Part shown: positions 16,709 through 25,130 of the stretch, one piece after another
How positions within the stretch are numbered: position 1 is the first letter of the stretch
Layout of the letters: every line of letters begins with the position of its first letter
Source of the DNA: Methanomicrobia archaeon
Lineage (GTDB): Archaea > Halobacteriota > Syntropharchaeia > Alkanophagales > Methanospirareceae
DNA: 41,836 bases
Direction: 5' to 3'
NCBI GenBank assembly: GCA_016928455.1
Contig: JAFGKP010000065.1
Coordinates: 1 to 41,836 of the forward strand
Program-made: the position numbers and the translations under genes
Notes under the pieces: model-generated
What the model was told of the DNA's origin: nothing
Databases searched by the model: none
What the model saw: the letters and a program-made list of their open reading frames with translations, nothing else

Positions 16709-17185
16709 TTAAAGAACTCCCGGTTCAAAAAGCGGTTTTGATTTCCATTCCTCGCAGGGCAGTCGGTTGATCACTGCCTCGAAGAGTGCAGCGGATTCTT
16801 TGTTCAACGCAGTGATAAATCCAATATCGTGGCTAGTTTCGAGACCTGATCAGATCGAGCGTGAAGAACGGATGGCCCCGCGATCTATGTTCCGTTCTTC
16901 GGCTTTGTCCCCGTACGCTCTGATCGCTCTTTCCACCATACTACGGGCAAACATGGAAGTCAACAGCGATATCAATGGGCTCTTTTGGCTATCGGTCACC
17001 GCAAGGAGCTCAGAATAGACCGCAGGATGAAACTTAGCACAGCATCGACCTCAATCGTAACGAACTACTTAATGGCCATATCTGCGAAAGCAATTCTGAT
17101 ATCGTGCTGCTTGCGCGTGAATCCCGCCACCACGCGTGTTAGGTTATAATCGAAAGATTCTTTGCATGGAATAGCGGGAAAAACA
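16709..17185 (-). pseudogene. Possible degraded gene remnant of host-like GC between the two low-GC gene blocks
   Basis: A minus-strand reading frame runs 112 codons with a single in-frame TGA (16850-16852): GRCCAKFHPAVYSELLAVTDSQKSPLISLLTSMFARSMVERAIRAYGDKAEERNIDRGAIRSSRSI-stop-SGLETSHDIGFITALNKESAALFEAVINRLPCEEWKSKPLFEPGVL. A further protein-like piece sits in another frame at 17068-17185. There is no start codon or RBS. The statistical support is only moderate. Confidence 0.25.
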
Positions 17186-17401
17186 TCAATACTCGATATG
17201 GATACAGTTCTCCGGACATATTTTCTCGCATTCCCTACACCCATCACACATATCTCGAAATACTGCTGCGATGTCATAGCCCTTTTTCGATTGATTCGTC
17301 CTCTTCGGTTTTAACATAAACACCTTAGCAGGGCAAACAAGGACGCATTTCATGCAGTTCTCGGGATGCATGCACTTATCAGGCTCAAGGAATATTCTCA
17401 T
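17186..17401 (-). CDS. Small 2x[4Fe-4S] ferredoxin
   Basis: 71 aa. First cluster motif CMHPENCMKCVLVCP (atypical Cx5CxxCxxxCP). Second motif CDGCRECEKICP (canonical). Confidence 0.85.
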   Translation of the reverse strand: MRIFLEPDKCMHPENCMKCVLVCPAKVFMLKPKRTNQSKKGYDIAAVFRDMCDGCRECEKICPENCIHIEY

Positions 17402-17444
17402 AATGTTACTTAAAATAATTTATATCTTCTATTATTTAGATAGT

Positions 17445-18302
17445 TTACCAGAATGCTTTAGCGGGGGTCAATTGGCGTTCAATTATCTGTATGGCATTGT
17501 TCGAACATCCACTCATGCATAAACCACATCCCGTGCACTTTCGTATGTCTACAAACGCCTTACCATGGTCAACATTGAACGAAACAGCGCCAAATTGACA
17601 ACGTGTCAAACAGGTTTTGCAGCCGCGGCACTTCTCTTGATTCACGCGTACAACATATTCCCCTTTTATCAGTGCATGTTGCAAACCCGATTCATATCTC
17701 CCCTTATATGCTACACAATAAGACGCTGTGCAATTACAGATACATGTTACGTACGGCACCCTACCCCAAAGAATAACATGATAAAGGCCTTCTTTATCCC
17801 AATCTCTTAATAATCGCTCAGCAGTTGTTAAGCTTACTTCTTCCATATATTCGTCCGGATTAGCCTTTTTATAAAGTTCAGGAATAAGGCCAAAATTAAG
17901 GCAGCAATACTTTTCTTCACCAGCCATTTGCCTGCAGAGACAGGGAAGAATAGTGGGATTCTCACAGAGTTTTAATACTTTTATAGCGTCTTCCAGAGGA
18001 ATTACTTGTCCACCTTGGGTTTCTTTTAGCACCCGTTCTCCTAAATTCTGTGCGATTTTTTTAACCACGGGCACTGTCTTCAGCGATTCTATCGTCCCAA
18101 AATCAGTTATTATAGATTTCTCAAACTCGATCTCGTCAGCAATTTTCTCTAAAATCTCCTTTCTTGCTTCACCCATCTCTTTGCTGTAATTCTTCGGGTT
18201 AAAATACCACGTGCTCTTCTGGCCGGCGTGCTTCTTACAAATTTCGCACATACTCTTTATTGAATCATGGTCTTTAAATAGCTCATGGGCACGAGATCGC
18301 AC
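17445..18302 (-). CDS. Cys-rich iron-sulfur protein with a C-terminal 2x[4Fe-4S] ferredoxin-type domain and an uncharacterised Cys-cluster N-domain
   Basis: C-terminus: CRGCKTCLTRC and CTGCGLCMSGC. N-domain: CEIC, LPCLC, YCC and CICNCTASYC. The track start is GTG 18302. The alternative ATG at 18251 (MCEICKK...) sits better behind a TATA-like AAAATAATTA (complement of 18317-18327). Confidence 0.7.
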   Translation of the reverse strand: MRSRAHELFKDHDSIKSMCEICKKHAGQKSTWYFNPKNYSKEMGEARKEILEKIADEIEFEKSIITDFGTIESLKTVPVVKKIAQNLGERVLKETQGGQVIPLEDAIKVLKLCENPTILPCLCRQMAGEEKYCCLNFGLIPELYKKANPDEYMEEVSLTTAERLLRDWDKEGLYHVILWGRVPYVTCICNCTASYCVAYKGRYESGLQHALIKGEYVVRVNQEKCRGCKTCLTRCQFGAVSFNVDHGKAFVDIRKCTGCGLCMSGCSNNAIQIIERQLTPAKAFW

Positions 18303-18336
18303 TGCAAGGTGAGTGAGTAATTATTTTGCCGTTAAT

Positions 18337-18370
18337 CTGCAGAGACGTTCTGACTTGCGAACGTCTGCGG
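18337..18370. other. Bulged 12-bp hairpin in the 200-nt intercistronic spacer of the low-GC operon
   Basis: Arms at 18337-18350 and 18359-18370 (CTGCagAGACGTTC / GAACGTCTGCGG), 8-nt loop, one G-U pair and a 2-nt bulge. Read directly. Confidence 0.5.
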
Positions 18371-18503
18371 AGTAAGAGGATGGCTTTCTCGCAATAAAAT
18401 GAACTGGTAGTATCTCGAACGAATCGGAGCTGGAGTATCGCTTAAACCCACCCTTCCGCAATAGCTGCGGTATCTGTAACGTTTGCTTACCCTTTTGTCC
18501 CGA

Positions 18504-19631
18504 TCACATATCTACAAAGCATAGTAAGTCGCCTATATCGATCTTACGTTGCAACATATTCAGTATTCCAATAATCAAATCAAGATCTTCATCGTTAAGA
18601 GTATTTAAAATTTTACGATATAGATAAGCTAAATCTTTCGTAAAGTGCTGTTTTATAAACTCATTGTAATTCTGCAATACTGACATATCGTGATTTTTTA
18701 TGGCATCAACAGAATATTTACTGGCACGGTATGAACTTACTATAGCAGGCATGACTCCATAACCCAAAAAGGGATCTATTAGACCTGCAGCATTGCCTAT
18801 AAGAAGTATATTTTTGTAAGTGTGTACATCCAAATCAAAAATTTCTTCACACCCTTGAAAGTTATTGGTAACGCGGTTGAGCCGCTTAGCAATTTCCTGA
18901 TTCTTATTGAGATAGTTATAAAAATAACTATGCGCTGAGTGGTCCATTTTACTAGAGTCCAATACAATCCCGGCCGACGAGAGTCCCTGTGGGCACGAGG
19001 CTATGTAAAAATAACCTCCCGGAGCTAAAGCGACATTGAAATAAATCTCAGAGGTATCTGGTTGAGCGAAATAGTTCCCCGTTACACCATATGCTACTCG
19101 ATTACTGACGAGCTTTTTCCTTATATAGCGGTGAAAGATAGAATTACTTCCATCCGCTGCGATAACTATTTTTGGATGTATCGCTATGGTCTTTTCGCCC
19201 TGTAACAAAATTATTTCCGACACCCCCTCACTATCTTCGCACAATTTTTCGATTTTTATCTGGCCAAAGAAGGTACAGCCGTTTACTACTGCTTTTTGGA
19301 CGGTTGAGCACTCAAATGAATCAGAATCAGGACCTCTCTTGACATAATACTCCCCTATGTCTGAATGCAACGTAAACGAATTGCCGAAAGCGGAATGCCA
19401 CTTTGAATTATGTACTAAGTTCTCAGTTCTCAGTTCAAGCTCATTTATTATCGAGGTTAGCCCTAAATCTGTGGATGAATCAACTCGTGTCGTTATATGT
19501 GCGCCTACTTTATCGTTTTTATCGATGAGTACAGTGTCCAATCCGTGTTTCGAGCAGTATAACGCTGCAACTGAGCCCGCGGGGCCAGCTCCCACTACCA
19601 ATACATCACATTCAATTTCCACTGCTACCAC
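18504..19631 (-). CDS. Diverged geranylgeranyl reductase-family FAD protein (paralog 2)
   Basis: CDVLVVGAGPAGSVAA FAD fingerprint, AADGSNS, and a C-terminal LLIGNAAGLIDPFLGYGVMPAI (GDAA changed to GNAA). No Cys at the position of the GGR PCG(G/E) motif. Confidence 0.75.
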   Translation of the reverse strand: MVAVEIECDVLVVGAGPAGSVAALYCSKHGLDTVLIDKNDKVGAHITTRVDSSTDLGLTSIINELELRTENLVHNSKWHSAFGNSFTLHSDIGEYYVKRGPDSDSFECSTVQKAVVNGCTFFGQIKIEKLCEDSEGVSEIILLQGEKTIAIHPKIVIAADGSNSIFHRYIRKKLVSNRVAYGVTGNYFAQPDTSEIYFNVALAPGGYFYIASCPQGLSSAGIVLDSSKMDHSAHSYFYNYLNKNQEIAKRLNRVTNNFQGCEEIFDLDVHTYKNILLIGNAAGLIDPFLGYGVMPAIVSSYRASKYSVDAIKNHDMSVLQNYNEFIKQHFTKDLAYLYRKILNTLNDEDLDLIIGILNMLQRKIDIGDLLCFVDM

Positions 19632-20701
19632 CCTACCTTGTTTGATAATTCGTACGCTTTGTATAAATTGAAATATTCAGGATAAAGCAAGATGGCTTTA
19701 ATATTTGAAAAAGCGTTAACACCTTTCCTGAATGGTGCCATATGTCTTGCTAATTCTTTATTATTCATACCTTTTAGCCGGTCAAAAGCGTGGAGAAATA
19801 ACGGAGATGCAAAGACGGATCTCTTCCATCTTTCTGCGTATGCTCGTGGATTATCTGTAAGTAGTGCTTCTGCTGCCATTCTCCCCGCGACCATACCCGG
19901 TCTAATTCCTCCCTTTGTCAGCGGATTGCTCTGACATGCTGCATCTCCAACGAGCAGAATGTTACCGTTAACAGTATTCTGTAAACCTCCGAAGGCAACC
20001 TTCCTCGCCTGCTTTGTTAGAATAGTACCTTCAAATGGTTCTCTGACGCGGTGCGTTCGGAACGGAAAACCAACCTTAGTCGTAGCTCCATGTGGAAATA
20101 TCCATTTATAGTCCCCATCCCAACATTCATCATACTCAAAGATGAGCGTATTGTGCTCTGGTTCTTTCTCCACCACATATTGGACAAGCGTTTTCACTCT
20201 CCCAGCAATCCCGAGCTTTTTACGGATGAACGAATTCGGGCCATCGGCGGCGATGAGATACCTCGTTGTTATAGATTCGCCAGTGGTCATCTTCACCTTA
20301 ATCTCGTCGTCTCGTTGAATAAAATCCTGTAGGGGTTCCTGAATAAACTTCCCGCCTAATCTAACAAAGCGGTCAATAATCCCATTCAAAAAGGTAGGTC
20401 TATCGATAATGTAACCATTCATCGTCATTTCCAGTTCTACCTTCTCAGGCCAATATTCACGTATTTTATCAATCTTCTCTATGATACAAGAAGGTTTAAT
20501 TGGTGCTATATCCTGGAACAACTCGCCACTTACCCCTTCTCCACACATAGTGTGATAGCGATCATAATGGTCATTATCAAGGCGTTCTAAGAGAATGATT
20601 TCATGGCTATTATTTTTATCCAATAATTTAGAGAAAAAAGCAGCAGAACATCCGGCCGGGCCTGCTCCAACGATAAGAACGTCACATTTCGTTTCGTGCA
20701 T
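19625..20701 (-). CDS. Geranylgeranyl reductase-family FAD-dependent oxidoreductase (paralog 1)
   Basis: CDVLIVGAGPAGCSAA, HTMCGEGVS (candidate catalytic Cys), AADGPNS, LLVGDAACQSNPLTKGGIRPGMVAG. Its 3' end overlaps paralog 2 by 7 nt. Confidence 0.8.
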   Translation of the reverse strand: MHETKCDVLIVGAGPAGCSAAFFSKLLDKNNSHEIILLERLDNDHYDRYHTMCGEGVSGELFQDIAPIKPSCIIEKIDKIREYWPEKVELEMTMNGYIIDRPTFLNGIIDRFVRLGGKFIQEPLQDFIQRDDEIKVKMTTGESITTRYLIAADGPNSFIRKKLGIAGRVKTLVQYVVEKEPEHNTLIFEYDECWDGDYKWIFPHGATTKVGFPFRTHRVREPFEGTILTKQARKVAFGGLQNTVNGNILLVGDAACQSNPLTKGGIRPGMVAGRMAAEALLTDNPRAYAERWKRSVFASPLFLHAFDRLKGMNNKELARHMAPFRKGVNAFSNIKAILLYPEYFNLYKAYELSNKVGW

Positions 20702-20720
20702 CCGTTGTAGTTTGTCGAGG

Positions 20721-20730
20721 AAATATAAAA
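20721..20730 (-). promoter_or_regulatory. TATA-like box of the low-GC reductase operon
   Basis: The minus strand reads TTTTATATTT about 20-30 nt upstream of the ATG at 20701, which is leaderless-type spacing. A second element, GATTTATATTAG, lies at 20738-20749. Confidence 0.35.
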
Positions 20731-20755
20731 GGATTTCTAATATAAATCACTCAGG

Positions 20756-20762
20756 AAAAAAA
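20756..20762 (-). terminator. T7 tract (minus strand), likely pheT terminator, coinciding with the GC-content break
   Basis: The minus strand reads GGAATTTTTTTCCTG about 200 nt downstream of the pheT stop. GC content drops sharply on its island side. Confidence 0.4.
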
Positions 20763-20965
20763 TTCCAATTTCGATGCGCGCTCTCAGAGTCGTTATTGCG
20801 AAACAAACAGTGCCAGGTGAATGGAGAAGTGCCATTTGCCTTAATCCTGAGTGCTGGTCTCGATGGCGGTATCAGCGATCTCAGTACTCAAAATTGACAG
20901 CCGTAGTAACAATGAAATCCCGCGTAACGCTATTACTTTTTTGGCAACATGCATCCAGAACGGAA

Positions 20966-22624
20966 TCAGATGTGCTTGCTTCGTTTCACGCCTCCGTTGG
21001 TGATATCCAGCTCAAGGCCCACGACAGGATGGTCGAGGCCGAAGTTGCTGATTACCTCCGGATGGAGCTCGCCAAAGACGCCGATACGCGTACCATTCTT
21101 GACGATATCCGCTCTACGGCCGTACTCGAAGAACGCGCCATCGCGCGAATTCGCGAGCTCAGCGTCGTCCAGGTTCAACTCCTTGAGCACGGCGTCCGCG
21201 ATCGATCTAACCTCCGCGAAGTTCGCGGTAGCGTGCGTGGCAAGAGCAGCAAGCATGAACTGCTCCTCAAAGTTACGGACGACCGGCCCGACCTCAAAGA
21301 TACGCTGCGGGAGGTCGCGATGCTTGTTAATCGCGAGTATCTCCAGCAAATTCGGGAGAATCGAGCAGCGAAGCATCGTGTGCTCGATACTAATCGGAGC
21401 GGCGACCGGGACGTTCTCGGACGCCCGCTCATCACGCCGCATCAGGGTAAACTGCTTCCGCTCGGAGGTCAGTGTGAAGGTAACCACCTCAAAGTAGCCC
21501 AGGCCGATCATCAAGCTCCGCACCGCAGCGTTCTTCGCCTCTATTGGATGCACCGCACCAATGGTGAGCGTAGCTGGCAGTTCAGGCGCAAGTTTATTGT
21601 ACCCGTACCCGATCGCGATGTCCTCAACGATGTCCCAGGGATGGAGGATATCATAGCGATACGCGGGGATGAGTACCTCAAGGAGATCAGTATTCTTGAC
21701 TGCTGCGCCAAGACCCATGCGCTCGCAGCACGCTATGCAGTCATCCGCGGTAAGGTTAAGTCCGATGAGCGCATTAGCCTCAGGTACCGAGACCTCCCTC
21801 CTCACGGGTTCTAAACAGGGCGTCACCCGCGTTCCGCGCTCATCGGGATACCGAATACCTACCGATTGGAGCTCGCCACCACGCTCAGCCAGCGCTGTTG
21901 CGATGATATTGAGTGCGATCAATACGTGATCGGTCAGGCCCGTCACATCAAGAAAGAGTTCCTCGGTCGTTTCGGTCACCCGGGTCAACTCGCCATTGAT
22001 AATAGGAGGGAAAGAGAGCACGTTCCCGTTAGCATCGAGTATCAACGGATACCGATCCTTACCCTCAAGGATATACCGATAACCGATCCCCTTCGGATGC
22101 CGCTCGAGGATCTCCGCCATTGTCATCTCCACATCGTAATCAAGCGGCACAAACGAGAAGCCCGGATCTGCCGCGAGGTAGGTAAACGGGGGCTTTACCC
22201 GGGACAAATCGTGCACACCGATCGAGACATTCTTACGATTACGACCCAGCCCGCGATGCAACTGCTCCTGTAGGAGCATCAGCGACTCGATGCTGCGGGA
22301 ATCAAAGTGCAAATTTCTTACCACGCCGCAGACAATAAACGGTCGCACCGCAAGGACCGAAGGGTCAACCGTCATCTCGATTCCTGACGAAGTAACGTCA
22401 TACTTCGCGAGGCCGGGTTCGAGCTCGAGGAATTGCCGAAGCGTACGAGCAACACCCTCCACGCTGAAGAGGTCAGGGCGGTTGGGGAAGAACTCGACGT
22501 CCATATACTCCGCCTCTATTCGCTCAACATCCGCGCAGAGCAGTGGCAGATGCTCCTCAATTCGCGCGATGCTCACGCCAGTGAGTGCTTCCAGATCATC
22601 ATAGTACAATCTAATGACCGGCAT
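20966..22624 (-). CDS. pheT: Phenylalanine--tRNA ligase beta subunit (archaeal type)
   Basis: 552 aa. The N-terminus MPVIRLYYDDLEALTG, the B3_4/B5-like middle and the class II-like C-terminal domain are typical of archaeal PheT. Confidence 0.9.
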   Translation of the reverse strand: MPVIRLYYDDLEALTGVSIARIEEHLPLLCADVERIEAEYMDVEFFPNRPDLFSVEGVARTLRQFLELEPGLAKYDVTSSGIEMTVDPSVLAVRPFIVCGVVRNLHFDSRSIESLMLLQEQLHRGLGRNRKNVSIGVHDLSRVKPPFTYLAADPGFSFVPLDYDVEMTMAEILERHPKGIGYRYILEGKDRYPLILDANGNVLSFPPIINGELTRVTETTEELFLDVTGLTDHVLIALNIIATALAERGGELQSVGIRYPDERGTRVTPCLEPVRREVSVPEANALIGLNLTADDCIACCERMGLGAAVKNTDLLEVLIPAYRYDILHPWDIVEDIAIGYGYNKLAPELPATLTIGAVHPIEAKNAAVRSLMIGLGYFEVVTFTLTSERKQFTLMRRDERASENVPVAAPISIEHTMLRCSILPNLLEILAINKHRDLPQRIFEVGPVVRNFEEQFMLAALATHATANFAEVRSIADAVLKELNLDDAELANSRDGAFFEYGRRADIVKNGTRIGVFGELHPEVISNFGLDHPVVGLELDITNGGVKRSKHI

Positions 22625-22750
22625 ATCCTACTTCTCCTATTTCATTACGGTTCTTAAAAAGAAGAGCTATCTCTTTTCCACCGCGGCCGTACGTGATTGT
22701 ACCTGATTTACGAAGCGAATCACAGGCGGGCTACCACGCGTCGTAAACGG

Positions 22751-24055
22751 CTACAGAAGGAGATACATAGCGAAGAGGAGCGAGAAGACGCCGACAACAT
22801 CGGTCAAACAGGTGATAAGCGGGATGGTATCGTTGTCAGGATCCAGGCCGAACCGGAAGGAAAGAATGGCGATATAGTAGGACGCGAGGTTGAGAAAAGT
22901 CGTGCAGAAGAGGCCGCCCAGGAGTGCGATAGCGAGCATCTTCGGGAACGCAGGTGTAGCGAACTGAAGATAACGGCTCGCGGCGTATGCTGTTCCACCC
23001 ACAACAAGGAAGACGATGAGGGCGAGGCAGTAAATGACCATGAAATTCGCGGAGACGAGCCGATCGGGCAGTGATCTCGGTTCCACGGTCCCGATGTGGA
23101 GCATAGAGGAGAGTCGAGAGCTCAGAATGCCGCCCAGGGCGTTGCTCTCGCCCAGAAAAGGTGGAATAACGATGAACATCGCAGGCAGCGCGATGAGATG
23201 CTCCAATCGGATATCGAGCGTAACACCGGCGAGCGTATCGATGAGCCCGCAAATGAAGAGCATAGGAATGCTCTCGATAAGGATGCGACGCAACGCCCTA
23301 TCCTCCGACCGCAAGCCTCTGAAGGCAGCAAGAAGAGCCGCAGCAATAAAGAAGACCGAGATCAGGCTTACCGGCGAGAACCATTCCCACCCGCCCCAGC
23401 TCCACAAAGGTGCGAGCCGCTCCAGCTTTAACACCAAGAGGGCCGCGAGAAAGAGCGCAGGAATGGTGATCACGTCGCCCGCGGAGGTGATAATTGGCGA
23501 GGACATGTTGTCCAGATCCCAGTTGCGCTGATAGCCAATGATGGAGACGAGCAGTGCAATCGCAAGGAGGACGAGGCCAGAGATCAGTCCTGCAACGACC
23601 GAGATGAGCACGAACCCATGGAGTGAGATGTACGCTCCGTTTGGTGGGCCCAGGGGATACGCTGCCATTTTGACCAGGAAGCCGAGAATGACCGAGAGTA
23701 CGAGCGTGAGCACGAGCGAGCTACTGGCGTTCTGAAATAGGATCCCGCCCCGTTTCAGACTGGGAGAGTAAAGACCGAGATGCATGGACGTGCCCAGCCG
23801 CGAGACGAGCGCGCTGTAAATGTTGCCGCGCATTCCGATGGCCGGGGGGATCAAGATAATAAGGCCCGGAAGCGTCTGTAGCAGCCCGGTCATGAAGCTC
23901 AAGCCAATACCGGCCAGCAGTCCGGTAAAGGAACAAAAGAGGAGCGAGAGGGGCGCTTGCCGGAATAAATCAGAGAAATTATGAAAGAAGGTGGAGACAT
24001 GGCTGAGCGGTGTCCTCAACGCGTTCGATCCTGATGCTCTGCGTTCTTGGCTCAT
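22751..24055 (-). CDS. MgtE/SLC41-like divalent cation transporter (two MgtE membrane repeats, no cytosolic N/CBS domains)
   Basis: Internal duplication with MgtE-type motifs (GLIDTLAGVTLD... and PLITCLTDVVGVFSLL) and about 10 TM helices. Confidence 0.7.
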   Translation of the reverse strand: MSQERRASGSNALRTPLSHVSTFFHNFSDLFRQAPLSLLFCSFTGLLAGIGLSFMTGLLQTLPGLIILIPPAIGMRGNIYSALVSRLGTSMHLGLYSPSLKRGGILFQNASSSLVLTLVLSVILGFLVKMAAYPLGPPNGAYISLHGFVLISVVAGLISGLVLLAIALLVSIIGYQRNWDLDNMSSPIITSAGDVITIPALFLAALLVLKLERLAPLWSWGGWEWFSPVSLISVFFIAAALLAAFRGLRSEDRALRRILIESIPMLFICGLIDTLAGVTLDIRLEHLIALPAMFIVIPPFLGESNALGGILSSRLSSMLHIGTVEPRSLPDRLVSANFMVIYCLALIVFLVVGGTAYAASRYLQFATPAFPKMLAIALLGGLFCTTFLNLASYYIAILSFRFGLDPDNDTIPLITCLTDVVGVFSLLFAMYLLL

Positions 24056-24294
24056 ATGTACCCCTCACGCCATATTTCGCGCTCTCGTGCCCTCGCACGC
24101 GCTCTCCACGTATCTGTCCGGAAGCGACTCCGAGGCTGTTATTCCTGCCGTTTTCCTGATGGATTCTTCTTCGAGCGCTCAAGCTGCAACTACCAGGTGG
24201 CTTTGGTTCTGCTTCGCTTTCCTCTTCTCGTTGGTGCATGGACAATTACGCTCTTATTTTAACTGCACACTTTCTTTATGATGGCAGAATAAAA

Positions 24295-24594
24295 ATGCCT
24301 GCGAGTGACAGGGAACTGGCAGAAATACGGAAGCGAATCGATGAAATAGACGATACGATTGCCGATTTACTCGCCCAGCGGATGTACTATGCGAGCGAGG
24401 CACGTACGGAGAAGGTACGTATGAACCGGCCGATCGTGGACGAGCAGCGCCAGAAAGAGGTCATCGCGAAATGGTGTGAGCGCGCACGAAAGCCTCGCGG
24501 GTCGAAGGCGTCGCCGTTGAGCGAAGAGCTGCTGAGCAAACTCGCCGCACTCATTATTGAATACACCGTCAAAGAGGAGCTGGAAGATCGTTAG
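24295..24594 (+). CDS. Chorismate mutase, AroQ class
   Basis: ELAEIRKRIDEIDDTIADLLAQRMYYASEARTEK is the classic AroQ helix 1. I prefer ATG 24295 (100 aa) to the track start 24238, whose extra 19 residues are not protein-like and overlap a TATA-like TTATTTTAAC. Confidence 0.8.
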   Translation: MPASDRELAEIRKRIDEIDDTIADLLAQRMYYASEARTEKVRMNRPIVDEQRQKEVIAKWCERARKPRGSKASPLSEELLSKLAALIIEYTVKEELEDR

Positions 24595-24606
24595 CGTGAA
24601 CTCGGA

Positions 24607-25074
24607 ATGGATATGATAGTAACTACGGCGAAAGGCCTTACGGTAAGGGTACGGCAGTTTGAGACGGCGGACATTAACCGCGTGATAGGGATAGAGGTGG
24701 CGTCGTTCCTGGACGGCGATGCGCCACTGTATCTGGAATTACATGAGGAATGGCCACAGGGCTTTCTGGTCGCTGAGCTCGAGGGCACGGTCATTGGCTT
24801 TATTGTGCTCGTCCTGACCCCGGAGGGCGATGGGCGCATCTTTGCTCTCGCCATTGATGCGCGATACCGCGGCAGAGGCGTCGGTCGGACGCTCCTGAAA
24901 GCCGCGTTTAACATCCTGCGGAAACGGAAGATCGGGTACGTGCGGCTCGAGGTGCGCTTGAGCAATCACGTGGCGCAGCAGTTATACCGCAGCACGGGGT
25001 TCATGGAGATCGGGCTCGTGCCATATTATTATAAAGACGGCGAGGCCGCGATCGTGATGCGAAAGGTCTTGTGA
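24607..25074 (+). CDS. rimI: GNAT N-acetyltransferase, RimI-like (ribosomal protein alanine/N-terminal acetyltransferase)
   Basis: GFIVL...IFALAIDARYRGRGVGRTLL (acetyl-CoA binding R/QxxGxG/A), then LEVRLSNHVAQQLYRSTGF. Confidence 0.75.
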   Translation: MDMIVTTAKGLTVRVRQFETADINRVIGIEVASFLDGDAPLYLELHEEWPQGFLVAELEGTVIGFIVLVLTPEGDGRIFALAIDARYRGRGVGRTLLKAAFNILRKRKIGYVRLEVRLSNHVAQQLYRSTGFMEIGLVPYYYKDGEAAIVMRKVL

Positions 25075-25130
25075 ATGGCGCCTTTTAGGTGGGGAGCGTG
25101 CGCTGACCGAAAGTGAAGCTGCCACTAATT

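Noticed and set aside
16661-16720. ATGATGA (C-box-like), suggesting a C/D box sRNA.
   Set aside because: No proper D' box, C' box or terminal CUGA D box lies at the expected 12-nt guide spacing.
16850-17067. In-frame TGA (16850-16852) as selenocysteine, or TAG (17065-17067) as pyrrolysine, in the remnant ORF.
   Set aside because: There is no start codon, RBS or recognisable Sec/Pyl-protein family. The pieces lie in different frames. Decay into a pseudogene is the simpler explanation.
17065-17277. 70-aa minus-strand ORF.
   Set aside because: Its first half overlaps the 3' end of the ferredoxin gene in another frame. Only the part downstream of 17186 is considered, as a possible pseudogene fragment.
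13468-20765. Calling the low-GC block a mobile element or integrative island.
   Set aside because: No integrase, transposase, terminal inverted or direct repeats, or tRNA attachment site could be found by eye. It is reported only as a compositional island.
20774-21814. 346-aa plus-strand ORF (and the 182-aa ORF at 20949-21497).
   Set aside because: Both are entirely antisense to the well-supported pheT gene. The translations are Arg/Ser/Leu-rich, which is typical of shadow ORFs in high-GC DNA. The same reasoning applies to the other long antisense ORFs, for example 2532-2945, 5630-6118, 25578-26120, 23034-23531, 41045-41560 and 36179-36565.
23979-24245. 88-aa minus-strand ORF spanning the mgtE-like start region.
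   Set aside because: It is out of frame with the transporter, has a low-complexity Arg/Glu/Ser composition, and has no RBS.
24238-24294. N-terminal extension of chorismate mutase from the track start.
   Set aside because: The extra residues (MDNYALILTAHFLYDGRIK) overlap the likely TATA region and are not part of the AroQ fold. ATG 24295 gives a standard 100-aa AroQ protein.
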